DNA from: Eledone cirrhosa | Lineage: Eukaryota | Direction: 5' to 3' | Assembly: GCA_964016885.1 (NCBI GenBank) | Contig: OZ024740.1 | Coordinates: forward strand, 61,442,001-61,506,000 | DNA: 64,000 nucleotides | In this document: positions 1 to 12,145 of the stretch, piece by piece | How positions within the stretch are numbered: position 1 is the first letter of the stretch | How the letters are laid out: every line of letters begins with the position of its first letter | Translations under genes and position numbers: made by a program | The notes under the pieces: generated by a model | What the model was told of the DNA's origin: nothing | Seen by the model: the letters and a program-made list of their open reading frames with translations, nothing else | Databases searched by the model: none

Positions 1-310
1 GCCACTGGGATTTCTCTTCATTTCTTTATGCAGCTGCAATCTTCCATACACATCACTTGTCCATCCCAACGATTTTCTCACTTGCACACTACATCTAATT
101 CCTCTATGCTATGTTGTTCATCCACACTAACATTACACATCCATTAGAACATACTCGCTTCATTCCAGCCTTTGCTGGTCTTTTACTGTCAAGGCCCATG
201 TTTTAATGCCATGTAGCATTGCTGTTTGCATACAAGCATCACGCAGTCTACCCTTCACTCTGAGAGAGAAGCCCTTTCTTGTCAGCAGAGATATCAGCTC
301 TCTAAACAAA
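1..310 (-). mobile_element. Degenerate RTE LINE 3' ORF fragment
   Basis: FRELISLLTRKGFSLRVKGRL.DAC...MLHG..TW, homologous to the other copies. Confidence 0.85.
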
Positions 311-668
311 TTTATGTATAATGGGCTTCTTTTACAGTCTCCATCAACCAAATACATTCACAAAGCATTAGTCAACCAGAAGCTATCGTAGAAGATACTT
401 GTCCAAGATGCTGTGTAATGGTATGGAGCCTGAATCCATGCCTGTAATTAATATCTATGAAATAATGAAAATTATTGTGTACTGTGTACACTGTTCAGGT
501 GCACTACAAAGTGCACTATATAAGTGTAGAATTTCTAACATTTTATTGCAAGAACTATGAAATTTCCAAATCAAATGTTCAATTAAAAAAAATTAAGATA
601 AATATAAAGGTGCAATATTAATACTCATGTCAATGAATTCATTTCTGGTAGAAAGCCTTTAACTGATT

Positions 669-1412
669 TCATCATCATCATCGTTTAACGTCCCTGTTCC
701 ACGCTTGCATGGGTTTGGACGGGGGTAGTCCCACTTGAGGCAAGAGTGGTTGTCTTGCTCGCATAGGACTGTCTGGTGGGTTTTCTACAGCTGGATGCCC
801 TTCCTAACACCAACCACATTTACAGTGTGGGGCTGGGAGGTTTTTACCGTGTTGCCTACACGGCCACATTACAGCGTGGACTGTCTGGCGTGTTTTCTAC
901 AGCTGGATGCCCTTCCTAACACCAACCACATTTACAGTGTGGGGCTGGGAGGTTTTTACCGTGTTGCCTACACGGCCACATTACAGCGTGGACTGTGTGT
1001 TTATTTGTCGTGACACCTAAACGATCTCGTTTGTTTCGGCCTGGATGTTGTGGCACCAACATAACTTTGCATTGAAGGGGGCGGTGTGGATGGGGTGGGA
1101 CGGGGGTGAATTTTGTTAGAGATTCCTACTGACTAGTAGGTTTTACTTTGTATTTAGGTAAGGCGGGTCTTCTCTGTTACTGAGTACCGCCAAAGGTCTC
1201 GGTCCAGTGACATTGTCTTGGAGAGGTGTAAGTGTGTGAGGTCGGAATTTATCAGCTCGTCCCAGGTTTTCCTGGGTCTGCCTACTCCGTGGCTACCATC
1301 TATCTTTATTGCCCTGCACTTTGTTATACAGCTGTCGTCTTTCATGCGCATCACGTGACCATACCAACGTAGCCTTCTCTCGAGTAAACAACATCTGATC
1401 CCTCTTATTTCT
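669..1412 (-). mobile_element. 5'-truncated RTE LINE (ORF end, long 3' UTR, (GAT)n tail) with a 112-bp internal tandem duplication
   Basis: [11 protein letters not shown]...GRPRKTW. The duplication spans 766-877/878-989. Confidence 0.9.
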
Positions 1413-1980
1413 AATTTTTTTATTTTGATAAATTAATGGAACCACATGTCATACACTATAACATACTAGAATGCTATAATATAGGACGTTTCTACATTGT
1501 TGTTTGATCTGCTAGAAATAGCAGTCAAATTTCCATCACATCCTTGTGGTTTTAAAAACAGGACACATTAGATCATGTCATCATAGATAAATTATGCTTT
1601 TAGATAAAAAATAAATGGTCATCAGTTTGCTTGAATAGCAGTGACCTGGAGTAAAATAACGACACAAATAAAATTTTTTTTTTTCTTTAGGCTGAAAGAA
1701 TTTTGATAACATTAAATCAGTTTCCATTATGTGATGCAAGCTGGAAATTTTAAAGATTATATTTAAAAAGCAATTAAATATTTAAAACCCAGGAACATTG
1801 TTTTCTTGCTTGGTTTAAAAAAATAATTATCATAATCATCCTCATCATTTTTATGTCCATAATAACCTACTGGATGGGTTGAGCAGAAAACTTAGAGGTA
1901 ATGTTTTACAGCTGGATGCCCTGATGTCAACCATTGCTTGTTTTATAAGTAAGGTAAATTTTACACATTGAACTGCTGAG

Positions 1981-2900
1981 CCAGATAGACAAAAAGAATA
2001 TTCTATCTAAACTTGTTTATACATAGATCTCCTTACCATGGTTTCGTTTGCAGAAGAATTCTTATTAGAACCACCAATAATTGAACAATCTGTAATACTC
2101 TTCAGGGGAGTTTAAATTCTTCAAAAGCTAAGAAAATATTGACCAAGAAATTATACATACTGTTTCATTTGCCGAGGCTGAACAAAAAGGCCTGTTGTGT
2201 TATGTGATCAAAAATCTCCTAACATATTAGGATTATGTGACAGGCTTATAATCCCGCTGGAAATAGCAGCTAAAAGACTGATACAACTCGACAAATTAAG
2301 AAATAGTATAATATTAATTAAAGGTTAATTAGTCTCTCATACTTAAACATCTCAACGAGAGGAATCACTCAGAGAAGCACTATTATATATCAAATTTTAA
2401 TGAAAAAAAACTATTTATGGAAATACAAACAAGATATAGCCAGACAAAAAATATTCTATCTAAACTCACTTATAAATAGATCTCCGTAGCACGGTTTCGT
2501 TTGCGGAAAAATTCTTATTGGAATAATTCTTATCAATAATTGAAGAATCCACAATACTTGTTTTTTTTCAACATGTTGCCTCGGCAAATGAAACAGTATT
2601 TGGTCAATATTCTCTTAGCTTTTGAAGAATTTAAACTCCCCTGAAGAGTCTTGTGGATTCTTCAATTATTGGTGGTTCTAATAAGAATTCTTCAGCAAAC
2701 TAAACAGTGGTAGGGAGATCTATATATAAGCAAGTTTAGATAGAATAATTTTTGTCTGGGTCTATCTGGTTTGTTCTCCCATAAACAGAGTTTTCTCACT
2801 TAGATTTAGTATATAATATTGCTTATTGCTTTTCTGAGTGATTCCTCTCATTGAGATGCTTAAGTATTAGAGATTAATTAACCTGTAATTAATTTATATA
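1981..2900. mobile_element. Foldback/MITE-like inverted repeat complex
   Basis: 2575-2900 is the reverse complement of both about 1981-2180 and about 2310-2560. Confidence 0.75.
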
Positions 2901-3214
2901 CATATATATATATATATATATACATATACATATGACAGGCTTCAATCAGTTACCATTAACCAATTTCATTCACAAGGCATTCGGCACCTCAAAGCTACAG
3001 AAAAAGACACCCAGGGTGTTACACAGTGAGACAGAACCTGAAATCATGTGGTTAACAAAACAAATTCTCTAACCACATTGCCATTGGGACAGACAGACAC
3101 ATATGATCAAAGGAATTATTTGATCATGTCTACTTGAACTAGATTGAACCCGAAGCAAATCAATAACAACATCCAAAACATTCTGTTCTTAGAAGAAAAC
3201 AAATCTTTTCAAAC

Positions 3215-3349
3215 CTCTAAGTCTGCTTCATCTTGTGTCAATTCTTGAACATCCTTCTCTATCTGTTGAAAAATAAGTTCTTCCTGATGTTTACGAGAGA
3301 ACTCTATCATATTTTTAGGAGGAATATACTCATCTGGATGGAGAATGTG
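3215..3349 (-). CDS. PLEKHA7: Exon (HILHPDEYIPPKNMIEFSRKHQEELIFQQIEKDVQELTQDEADLE); gene continues past the window start
   Basis: Long T tract with atcag acceptor and GAG|gtttga donor, phase 0/0, open frame, coiled-coil-like. Confidence 0.83.
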
Positions 3350-3914
3350 CTGATAAAAGAAAAAAAAATTGTCATATATCATTATGATTTAACATCCCTT
3401 TTCCCTGCTAGGAAACAGCATATATTATTAGACATGTGTGTATATATATCATTGTCATTGTCTTTGCATTATACTTGTCAGCATAAGAAATCAAATGTAA
3501 AGCTTTTATGAGACTATATTTTAGAGAAAGATAGGTTTCTCAACACCAACTCGCATATATGTAAGATACAGAGATTGACAAGTCAAACTGTTGAACATAA
3601 AGAAATGTCACAGCCTGTGCAAATAGTGTCAAATGGAAATCATGGATGGACAAGGGGACACATAATATGGAGATGACGAAGGACCGTGACAAGTGGAAGG
3701 ATGTTGTGCTGAATAGGACCCGTCCCACCCTTGCAAGCAGGGAAAAGCGGACGTAAAATGATGATGATGATATATATATATATAAGCTTCCTCACAATTT
3801 CATATACCAGATTCACTCAAAGCATTGGTTAGCCAGGGCAAAAATAGAAAACATTTGCACAAAGTACCAAATCTGAAACCATGTGGTTTCAAAGCAGACT
3901 CCTTAACTAAACAG

Positions 3915-3965
<51 letters not shown>

Positions 3966-4066
3966 CTGCATCCTCCTGCATTGAACCACCTAGGTACTAT
4001 GACATAACCTGTGTATTTGCTGGCATTAGCGTACATCCGTACGCATATGTTAGTAGATATACTAAA

Positions 4067-4104
<38 letters not shown>

Positions 4105-4410
4105 TATATATATATATATATATAGCTTGAGCCAATTATCTGTGAAATATATGTAATGTAATAAAAACATTTTAAAGTGAAACTTCGTTATCTTATACTA
4201 TTGTAGCAGTACTGAGTGTTCATATTGGTGCCATCTCCAGTAATCAACAACATTACTGAATAATCTATATGGTAGCACATTGCCTGCCATTGTCTGCTTT
4301 ACAACCTTCCTGCTGGTTAGTGGTCACGTGACAGTCATTTTATTCAAAATTTTCACTGACAACAAACAGCTGGGAATTCTTGACTTGAATTTTATTTCTG
4401 GGCGGAGAAA

Positions 4411-6917
4411 GTCTCATCATCATCATCACCGTTTTACGTCCGTTCTTCAGCGCTAGCATGGGTTAAACGGGTTGTCCTGTTGTGGGCAGTGTCTGGTCGG
4501 CTGACCATGCCTTGCTCATACAGGAACTGATTTGGCTTGATTTCTACAGCTGGATGCCCTTCCTAACACCAACCTCATTTACAGTGAGTGCTGGGTGCTT
4601 TTTCGTGGCGCCTACACGTCCACTTTGCAGTGTGGGCTGGGTGCTTTTTTGCCGTGGGGGGTGTGGGAGCATATTGTCTATATGCGTCAGCTTGTACCCA
4701 TGAGAGGTCGGGTACTCTGTATTACTGCGTGACGCCAGAGGTTATGGTCGTGTGTCATTGCCTTTGAGAGGTATAATTGGGTAAGGTCGGCTTTTATCAC
4801 CTCATCCCAGGTCATCTTGGGTCTCCCCACTCCGCGGTTTCCATCAACTTCTAGTGCGCTGCACCTTTTTATGCAGCTGTCATCCTTCATATGCATCACA
4901 TGTCCATACCAGCGCAACCGCCTCTCCTGCACACAGCATTTGATTCCTCTTATGCTCAGTCTCTCTCTCAATTATTTTATGCTTTGACGTTCACGTATAT
5001 TACAGTTACACATCCATCGGAGCATGCAGGCTTCGTTTCTCTCTAATCTACGTAAGTCTTCCACCTTCAGCGCCCAGGTCTCACTACCATGCAACATTGC
5101 TGTTCGCATACACGCATCATACAGTCTGCCTTTCATTCTGAGGGAAAAGCCTTTTGCAGCTAGCAGTGGTAGTAGTTCCCTAAACTTCTTCCATCCCGTT
5201 CTTACCCTAGTTATTGTACTTTCTGAACACCCACCTCCGCTGCTAATTCGGTCACCTAGGTAGCAGAAGAAGTCTACTGTTTCTACAGAGCCCTCCCAGA
5301 GATTGGTGGTACTTGTTTCCTGTGGCTGTTTGCTGCTTGCTGTCCCAGCACAGCTGCTGCATGTGAAGCCTACATTCTTAATTAAGCTTCCTGAGATCCC
5401 GCTACATCTCTTGTGTACCCATTGTTTGCATTTGGGGCAGAGAATGGAGTTCCTACCTACACCTTTCCTACATACTGAGCAAGGCCATTTCCCTGAGGGG
5501 ATCTGGGTTCTGTTTTCTCGTCTACTTACAAGGACCTTAGTCTTTGTCATGTTGACTTTGAGACCCTTTCTTTCTAGTCCCTGCTTCCAAGTTTGGAATT
5601 TATTCTCTAGTTCTACCATAGATTCAGCTATGAGTGCGAGGTCATCAGCATACAGGAGTTCCCATGGGCATCCGGTCTTAAACTCCTCCGTTATTGCCTG
5701 CAGGACTATGATGAACAGGAGGGGGCTAAGAACAGAGCCCTGGTGGACCCCAACCTGTACGCTAAATTCCTCGCTATACTCATTGCTAATCCTAACTTTG
5801 CTGACTGCTCCCCTATACATGGCTTGTACCGCTTTCACAAGCCATTCATCTACTCCTAGTTTTCTAAGAGCCCACCAGATTACAACACGTGGAACTCTGT
5901 CAAAGGCTTTCTCAAGGTCGACAAATGCCAAGTAGAGTGGCTTACTTTTAGCTAGGTACTTTTCCTGTAACTGCCTCACAAGGAAGAGGGCATCAGTGGT
6001 GCCTCTTCCTGGTACAAACCCAAATTGCATCTCGTCTATTTTCACCCGGTCCCTAATCAACTGTGCTATAACTCTTTCTGTTACTTTCATGACCTGGTCC
6101 ATCAACTTTATACCTCTATAGTTTCCTCTATCTAGTGCATCGCCTTTACCTTTGTAGCAGTTGACAATGATGCTACTGCACCAATCTTTTGGTATGACAC
6201 CTAGTATTACCTGGTTAACAATACGTGTGGTTATAGTGTGACCTACAGACCCAGATGCCTTCAGCATCTCGGCAGCTATACCCGATGGACTGGTTGCCTT
6301 CCCCATCTTCATATCTTTGATTGCCTTACTTACTACGTTGCTGCTGACTTGTACTGCTGGCCCCTCTATAGGGTCTACTTGGAGTAGGGTCTCTTCTTCC
6401 CATGCATTCTCCTCATTTAGTAATCTATCATAATGACTCTTCCATGCATCTTTCTTCTTAGCACTTGTGAGGGCAAGCTCACCTTTATCATTCTGGATAC
6501 ACTTCTCTCCAATGACATCACAACTATCTCTGACACACTGCCTTGCAATCTTGAATACCTCCTGTTTATGGTCCTCACGTTGCAAAACATGCTTGAATTT
6601 TCTATCCTCTGCCTCCTAGCTAAATATACTTGTCGCCTAGCTTCCCTCTTGGTCTCTATGTAATGTACCCTGCTCCCCCCGTTCTTCCATTCTTTCCATG
6701 CCTGTCTCTTGGCCTTAACTGCTTCATCTACCTTATTGTTCCACCACCAAGTCACTCTCCTCCTGCTTGAGGTCTTACTCCAGCCACAGACCTCATCCGT
6801 CGCCTCTAGTAAATTATTTTTTAGGAACTCCCAGTTCTCTTCTCCTGATGATATAGGATTTCTTGCGATACTCTACTCAGAGTTTCGTTATTTTCCTAAT
6901 GAAACTGCAGTAGGGAC
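4411..6917 (+). ncRNA. Type-I hammerhead ribozyme (core 6841-6917) whose stem I is split by the RTE at 4416-6840
   Basis: CTGATGA at 6845, a long stem II (TAGGA/TCCTA, GCGA/TCGT, ACTCT/AGAGT), GAAAC-TGCA-GTA at 6901-6912, then GGGAC pairing with GTCTC (4411-4415). Confidence 0.75.
4416..6840 (-). mobile_element. 5'-truncated RTE LINE: RT plus PHD finger, one frameshift (about 6600) and one in-frame stop (4972-4974)
   Basis: ORFs 4972..6585 and 4687..4971 contain [21 protein letters not shown] and LLYADD. 3' UTR, (GAT)n tail and a TCTC target duplication are present. Confidence 0.95.
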
Positions 6918-7091
6918 ATTAAAGTGAGTAAGTAAAGATTTTTTTTCTTAACTTGTTTGCTTTTTCCATAGTTGATATTATTAGGCTCTGAAGCTGTTAA
7001 TTTTATTAACTTTTTAATAGAACCAAACTCGGTATAAGCTGGACACTGTATGTATGTATCTATACTTGTATAGGGATATGCATTCTTCTCC

Positions 7092-7138
<47 letters not shown>

Positions 7139-7181
7139 TGAAGAAAAACCAAGGGTAACAACTTAAATCCATTCTTTAATT

Positions 7182-7617
7182 TCTAAATATGTTTCAATAA
7201 AGGTGACAATATTACATGCATATGTAGACAAGAAGTCAATTGGAAATAGTTAATTAGCAATTATTTACACAAGACATAATGGAGGCACATGGCTTAGTGG
7301 TTAGAGGATTGGCCTTGCAATCGAAAGGTTGTGAGTTCAATTCTCAGACCAGGTGATGTGTTGTTTCCTTGAGCAAGACACTTTATTTCACATTTCCACA
7401 GCTGAGTAAACTGGAGCAATGAGATGATAGGGACTGGGGTTCATATCATTCCACTGCAAAGCACCCAGCACTCATTGTAAATGAGTTTGGTGTTAGGAAG
7501 GGCATCCAGCTGTAGAAATCAAGCCAGAATCAGTTCCCGTTCCACCCTTGCAAGCAGGGAAAAAGCGGACGTAAAATGAAATGATAATGCATGTAACACC
7601 TGTATTTCTTCAGTAAA
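7182..7617 (-). ncRNA. Hammerhead ribozyme motif with a very long stem II, interrupted by a SINE; probably decayed
   Basis: After removing SINE 7282-7589 (TSD ATAATG), the minus strand reads TTTA CTGAAGA AATA.AGGTG TTACATGCAT...ATGCATGTAA..CACCT.TATT GAAAC AT ATT TAGA. Confidence 0.65.
7282..7589 (+). mobile_element. tRNA-derived CORE-type SINE with RTE tail
   Basis: A box TGGCTTAGTGG, B box GAGTTCAATTC, CCTTGAGCAAGACACTT core, tail CCACCCTTGCAAGCAGGGAAAAGCGGACGTAAAATGA, TSD ATAATG. Confidence 0.88.
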
Positions 7618-8524
7618 TATAAGAAGGAATAGAGTTTACCAAATTTAAATAATAATAGATTCCATATCAAATATTGGGTGTAAGGCAAGCATTTAAGGAA
7701 GACTGTACATGAAATGGTTTTAGCATGCAAAGATGTAAGCGATTGTGATTATAGGTTGAGGTAAAAAGCATTACCTCATTATCATTAATAATAGTATTTT
7801 TTCCTTCTATAGTTAGAAGATTTGTTGGTCGGTAGATAAACTAGATAGATAGGAATGTGAAAAACGAGGAGTGAAGTGAAAATTAGTTTAGAGGCAGCAG
7901 TAAGAATTTTGTTAATCAGGTTCGAAGTTCCAATAAACGTAAAGAGCCAAATTGGCTGATCTCATATTATGTTAGTTATAAACATTTGAAAATTCGAAAA
8001 TTTGATTTCACGCAGCAAACTCAAAAGTTATAAAGTATGTTGTTCAATTTGGCAGTGTTTTTCTTTAATATGGCCAGTTAGATATATACACACATATATA
8101 TGTATTTAACAATTCTGTATGTGGCTGAGTGGTTAGAGAATTGGATTTGCAATCATGAGGTTGTGAGTTTGATTCCTGGACCAGGCAATGCGTTATGTCC
8201 TTGAGCAAGACACTTTATTTCACATTGCTTCTTCTGCCTGTATTTGTGACTGGTAGATAGTATTAGCAATTGGAAAGACCGGTTGAAACATTGTTTCCTC
8301 TGTCCGATTTGCTGAGCTCCATCCCACTCGTTAAGCAAATGAGGTCTGGGATCTTGTTGATTGACTGTATATATATGTCTCTGAAGTAAACATATGTATG
8401 CGTGTGTGTGTGCATGTGATACAAAATGGCTGCTTTTTTTATAATTTGGTACTTTATAAGTTGGTTTAATTGGTTAAAAGTTTTGAGAATGATATTTTAC
8501 CACAAATATCAAAAAGAAGCTCAC

Positions 8525-8626
8525 CTTACGGTACTGTGTAGCCAGCATGTAGTTATTTCCACCATATAAACTTCCCATTGTCACCATGTTGTCTACTAAA
8601 TTCTCAATTGGTTTATACATTTCAAG
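8525..8626 (-). CDS. PLEKHA7: Exon (LEMYKPIENLVDNMVTMGSLYGGNNYMLATQYRK)
   Basis: tgaag and gtgagc splice sites, phase 0/0. Carries an LVDNMV..GSLY motif recalled from kramer-like proteins. Confidence 0.87.
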
Positions 8627-8971
8627 CTTCAAGATAATGGAGAATTGTTTTAACATTTAATATTCCCGTGTATTAATTACTACAGTTAAATAAATAAAAT
8701 ATATCATCAAGCCATGAAAACCACAAGTGTTTTAATGCCAATGCTAACCACTATACTGTTGGCTTGACAACAAGTTTCATATCCATCATGAGGTTCTTTT
8801 TAAGGCAATGGTTTATGACTAGATGCTCTTCCTGTTGTCAACACATTTAATCACCTCTTACGACATACAAGGATAGAGCATACCCATTCCCTACTGGATA
8901 CACACAGAATTGTGTAGAAAACAAAGAAAGTAATTTAAATGAAAACTAAGATCATAAGCTACATAACTCAC

Positions 8972-9068
8972 CTTGTTCTCAACATCATCACACTGCTTCT
9001 TGAGCTCCACATAATGTCCATGTTTGTCTTCAAGATGATAGTCTAACACTGTATTGTGTTCATTAATC
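8972..9068 (-). CDS. PLEKHA7: Exon (INEHNTVLDYHLEDKHGHYVELKKQCDDVENK)
   Basis: catag and gtgagt splice sites. Inside ORF 8891..9151. Confidence 0.83.
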
Positions 9069-9920
9069 CTATGTAAACATATTGCATTTAAAATCAAGTC
9101 AGCAATAATTTGTTTCTTATGTATTAGCAAAGGAAAAAAGTCAATCATCAAACGGAATATAGGAAACTATTTTTCCATTAGTAATTTTATTGCTGATACT
9201 ATCTGCAAGCTGCACCGCCTAGCAGGGGCTGGGATTTGAACACAGGATGCACATAATTTGATCAGAATACCACAAAGCATCTCAACAGACTTTCTAACAA
9301 TTCTGAAATCTGCCACTCTTGTACTGGTACTTTATCAACCACCCCAATTGGTTGAAGAGCAAAGTTGACTTTGTTGGGATTTCATTTCAGAGTGCAGACA
9401 CCCCAAAACAAACATTTAATTCAATGCTCTAAAAACTGCCAACTCACCATCATATATTAAGATGACAGACTTAAGATAATTAATGAGCAATCTGTATAAT
9501 AAGCATGAAAGTTTGTATGCCTGTCTTGAAATGATGTAACCATTTCTCAACAAATCTTCACAAAATTTAGATATTCAGACTCCCTGCCACCCCAGGAATA
9601 AAAGAGGATAGTTTTAAGGAAAAGAGGTGGAGAAAAACTGAAAGTTTTAAAAGAGTGGGAATGGTACACTAGAGAAGGAATAACATATAAAAAAGCAGGA
9701 ATTTAAAAAATAGAATGCCGTTTTTTTGTTGTGAAAAGAGTAATTATTTATATAAATTCATATATACACATTGTGTTTATGAGAGACAAATGCCTGTGCG
9801 TATGTATATAGGTTTATATATAAGCACAGATGAATACATATATATCTGTGTATAAATTGATATATATCCATTAGGTGCTTACATGCGTTTATACATCATT
9901 GTCTGTAGTTGGAACCCTGT

Positions 9921-9987
<67 letters not shown>

Positions 9988-10298
9988 TATGTGACCTCAG
10001 TGATCATATTTCTAACAAAATACTGTTTTTGTATTTTCATAATCAAAATACTGGAGACAATAACAACAAAGCCGAACGTGTCCGAATTTTTACCGATTTG
10101 CCGCAATAATTATGCACCATCCCAATAGTTGGATTAAAATAACAGCTTCATACTTCATAACTATCTCAGTAACTTATTTACATCTAATGTAGTCAACAGT
10201 CTGGAGGAGATAATTATACTAAATAAAAAGCATTGTTAGAAAACAAATTATTAAAAAATACATAATTAAAAATCGTTTTGTCTCTTTGTAATACGCAC

Positions 10299-10423
10299 TG
10301 TCGTTTGTATTCCTGTTCAAAAGGTCGGAGGCCTTCGATCTTTTGCCGCAAACTCACTCGATTCTTTTCAAATTTAGCTTTGTTACGTCGCAATTGAATA
10401 AGCAATAGCACCAGTTCCTCATG
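10299..10423 (-). CDS. PLEKHA7: Coiled-coil exon (HEELVLLLIQLRRNKAKFEKNRVSLRQKIEGLRPFEQEYKRQ)
   Basis: tttcag acceptor. The CA|gtgcgt donor gives the phase 2 needed by the exon at 9068. Confidence 0.85.
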
Positions 10424-10945
10424 CTGAAATTATAAAGAAAAATTAGATTTAAAAAAAATATTTTAATTAGAGTAGGAAAGGTAACATTTATGACATTTCT
10501 GATTCTATACAAATTCATCTACAATAATTTTTCTACAGATACAATTCAATTGCAATGGTTCAGCTACAAAAACAATTTATATGAAAAAATTATTATCACT
10601 ACAGGTGTTTTTTCAGGTTGAAACAATTTGTATGTAGAGGAATTGTATAAGTAGACAAATTGTTGTAAATAAATTGTATATGTAGAATTGTTGTGGGTGA
10701 ATTCTCCAAATCCTGATATTTTCAAACTCTTTCAGATTTGAAATCAATCTGACTAACATTTTAGTTTGCTCTTCTGTACATTGTTGCATGTAAGAAAAGT
10801 AAGAAAAGAAGAATTTTAGAGGATTGCAGCTTTGCATGGGGAAGGACTGCACAAAGGGTTTGTAGCTTGAGACAGTAGGAATGATACCAGAAAGAGGGGT
10901 GGGTGTGGAGGTTGCATACAGTTTGTTAGTTTAGAAACACAGAAG

Positions 10946-10977
<32 letters not shown>

Positions 10978-12145
10978 AAGAAGGGAGAACAGCACCTCTG
11001 TGGGTGATGGTTGAACTTTAGTTAAGTGAATAGTTGTCAATCAGCCAGAAGGCTTCTTTTTAGTGGGGTGAGTGATGCAGTGCAGAATGTGTGTTCACAT
11101 GCAAGCTCACATAGTATCAGCATTGTAGGTATGTGCACAATATTTTCATATGTATTGTATTGCACTTTCTTAAAGGATCAGTAACTGATCAGGAATTAAG
11201 TATTTTCTAGCTATAAAGAGGAAGCCAAGACATTGGGATGCAATTTTGGCAATGCTATATTTTTTTTAATGTTTTTATTGGTTTCACTCATAACGGCACC
11301 ATGTTTAAAGGATTTCGTTGATTTCATCAACCCACTACTTATATGAGTCTGGTAATTATTAATCTTGTCACGTCATAAAGTTACAAGATATAAAAAGACA
11401 ACATAAACAGCAACAAAATCAGAAATGCGAGCATGGATGAACATTCACAACTATATAATATTGCCTCAAAAAGTCATATTTAATCCATGCCAGCTTGGAA
11501 AAAGCAAACAATGATGATGAAAAAACAATGCATTTGATTAACTTTAACAAAATTTTGAAATTCTAAAATTGTTTTTGAAATTATCTAATTATAATATTTT
11601 TAATTGTCAGTCAACATTCCACTTGTAAAATAAACTGTTTCTATTACAATATTCCACTTTTAAACAAAATAAAGTCTCAACCACCAAACATAATCAAATA
11701 TTTCCTACTTAAATGTAATTTTTTAATGACTAGACTGGGGTCAGCCTTAATCAAGGTGAACTGGTGCAAACAGGACATTTAGTACATTGTTAATGAAAGA
11801 GAGTATGTAAATATGTGTTTACGTGACTGTATGTGAGTGTGGAGGTGTAAACATGTGTAAGTGCAAACTGTGTGGGTGTATTTGTGCATGTGTGTACATC
11901 TGGACATTTGCACAACTATAAACATGTAAGCATGTGCATTTGAATGTGTGTGAAGATGTTGAGGAGTGTGTAAATGTGTAAATAAGTGTATGTGTGTGAG
12001 GACATATGTTCATGCTTTTGAATATAAGTGCAGGCATGAGTGACAATATCTACATGTGTTAATGTGTGTGAATATTACAATCACAAATGTGAATGTGTGT
12101 GTGTATGCATGTGTGTGAATGTGTAGAGTTGGGGTTTGTGTCAGA

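Noticed and set aside
5303-5935. Plus-strand 210-aa ORF and similar ORFs antisense to the RTE/CR1 copies
   Set aside because: Antisense shadows of reverse transcriptase coding sequence.
7281-7355. tRNA gene-like sequences with A and B boxes
   Set aside because: They are SINE heads continuous with CORE and RTE-tail sequence, not stand-alone tRNAs.
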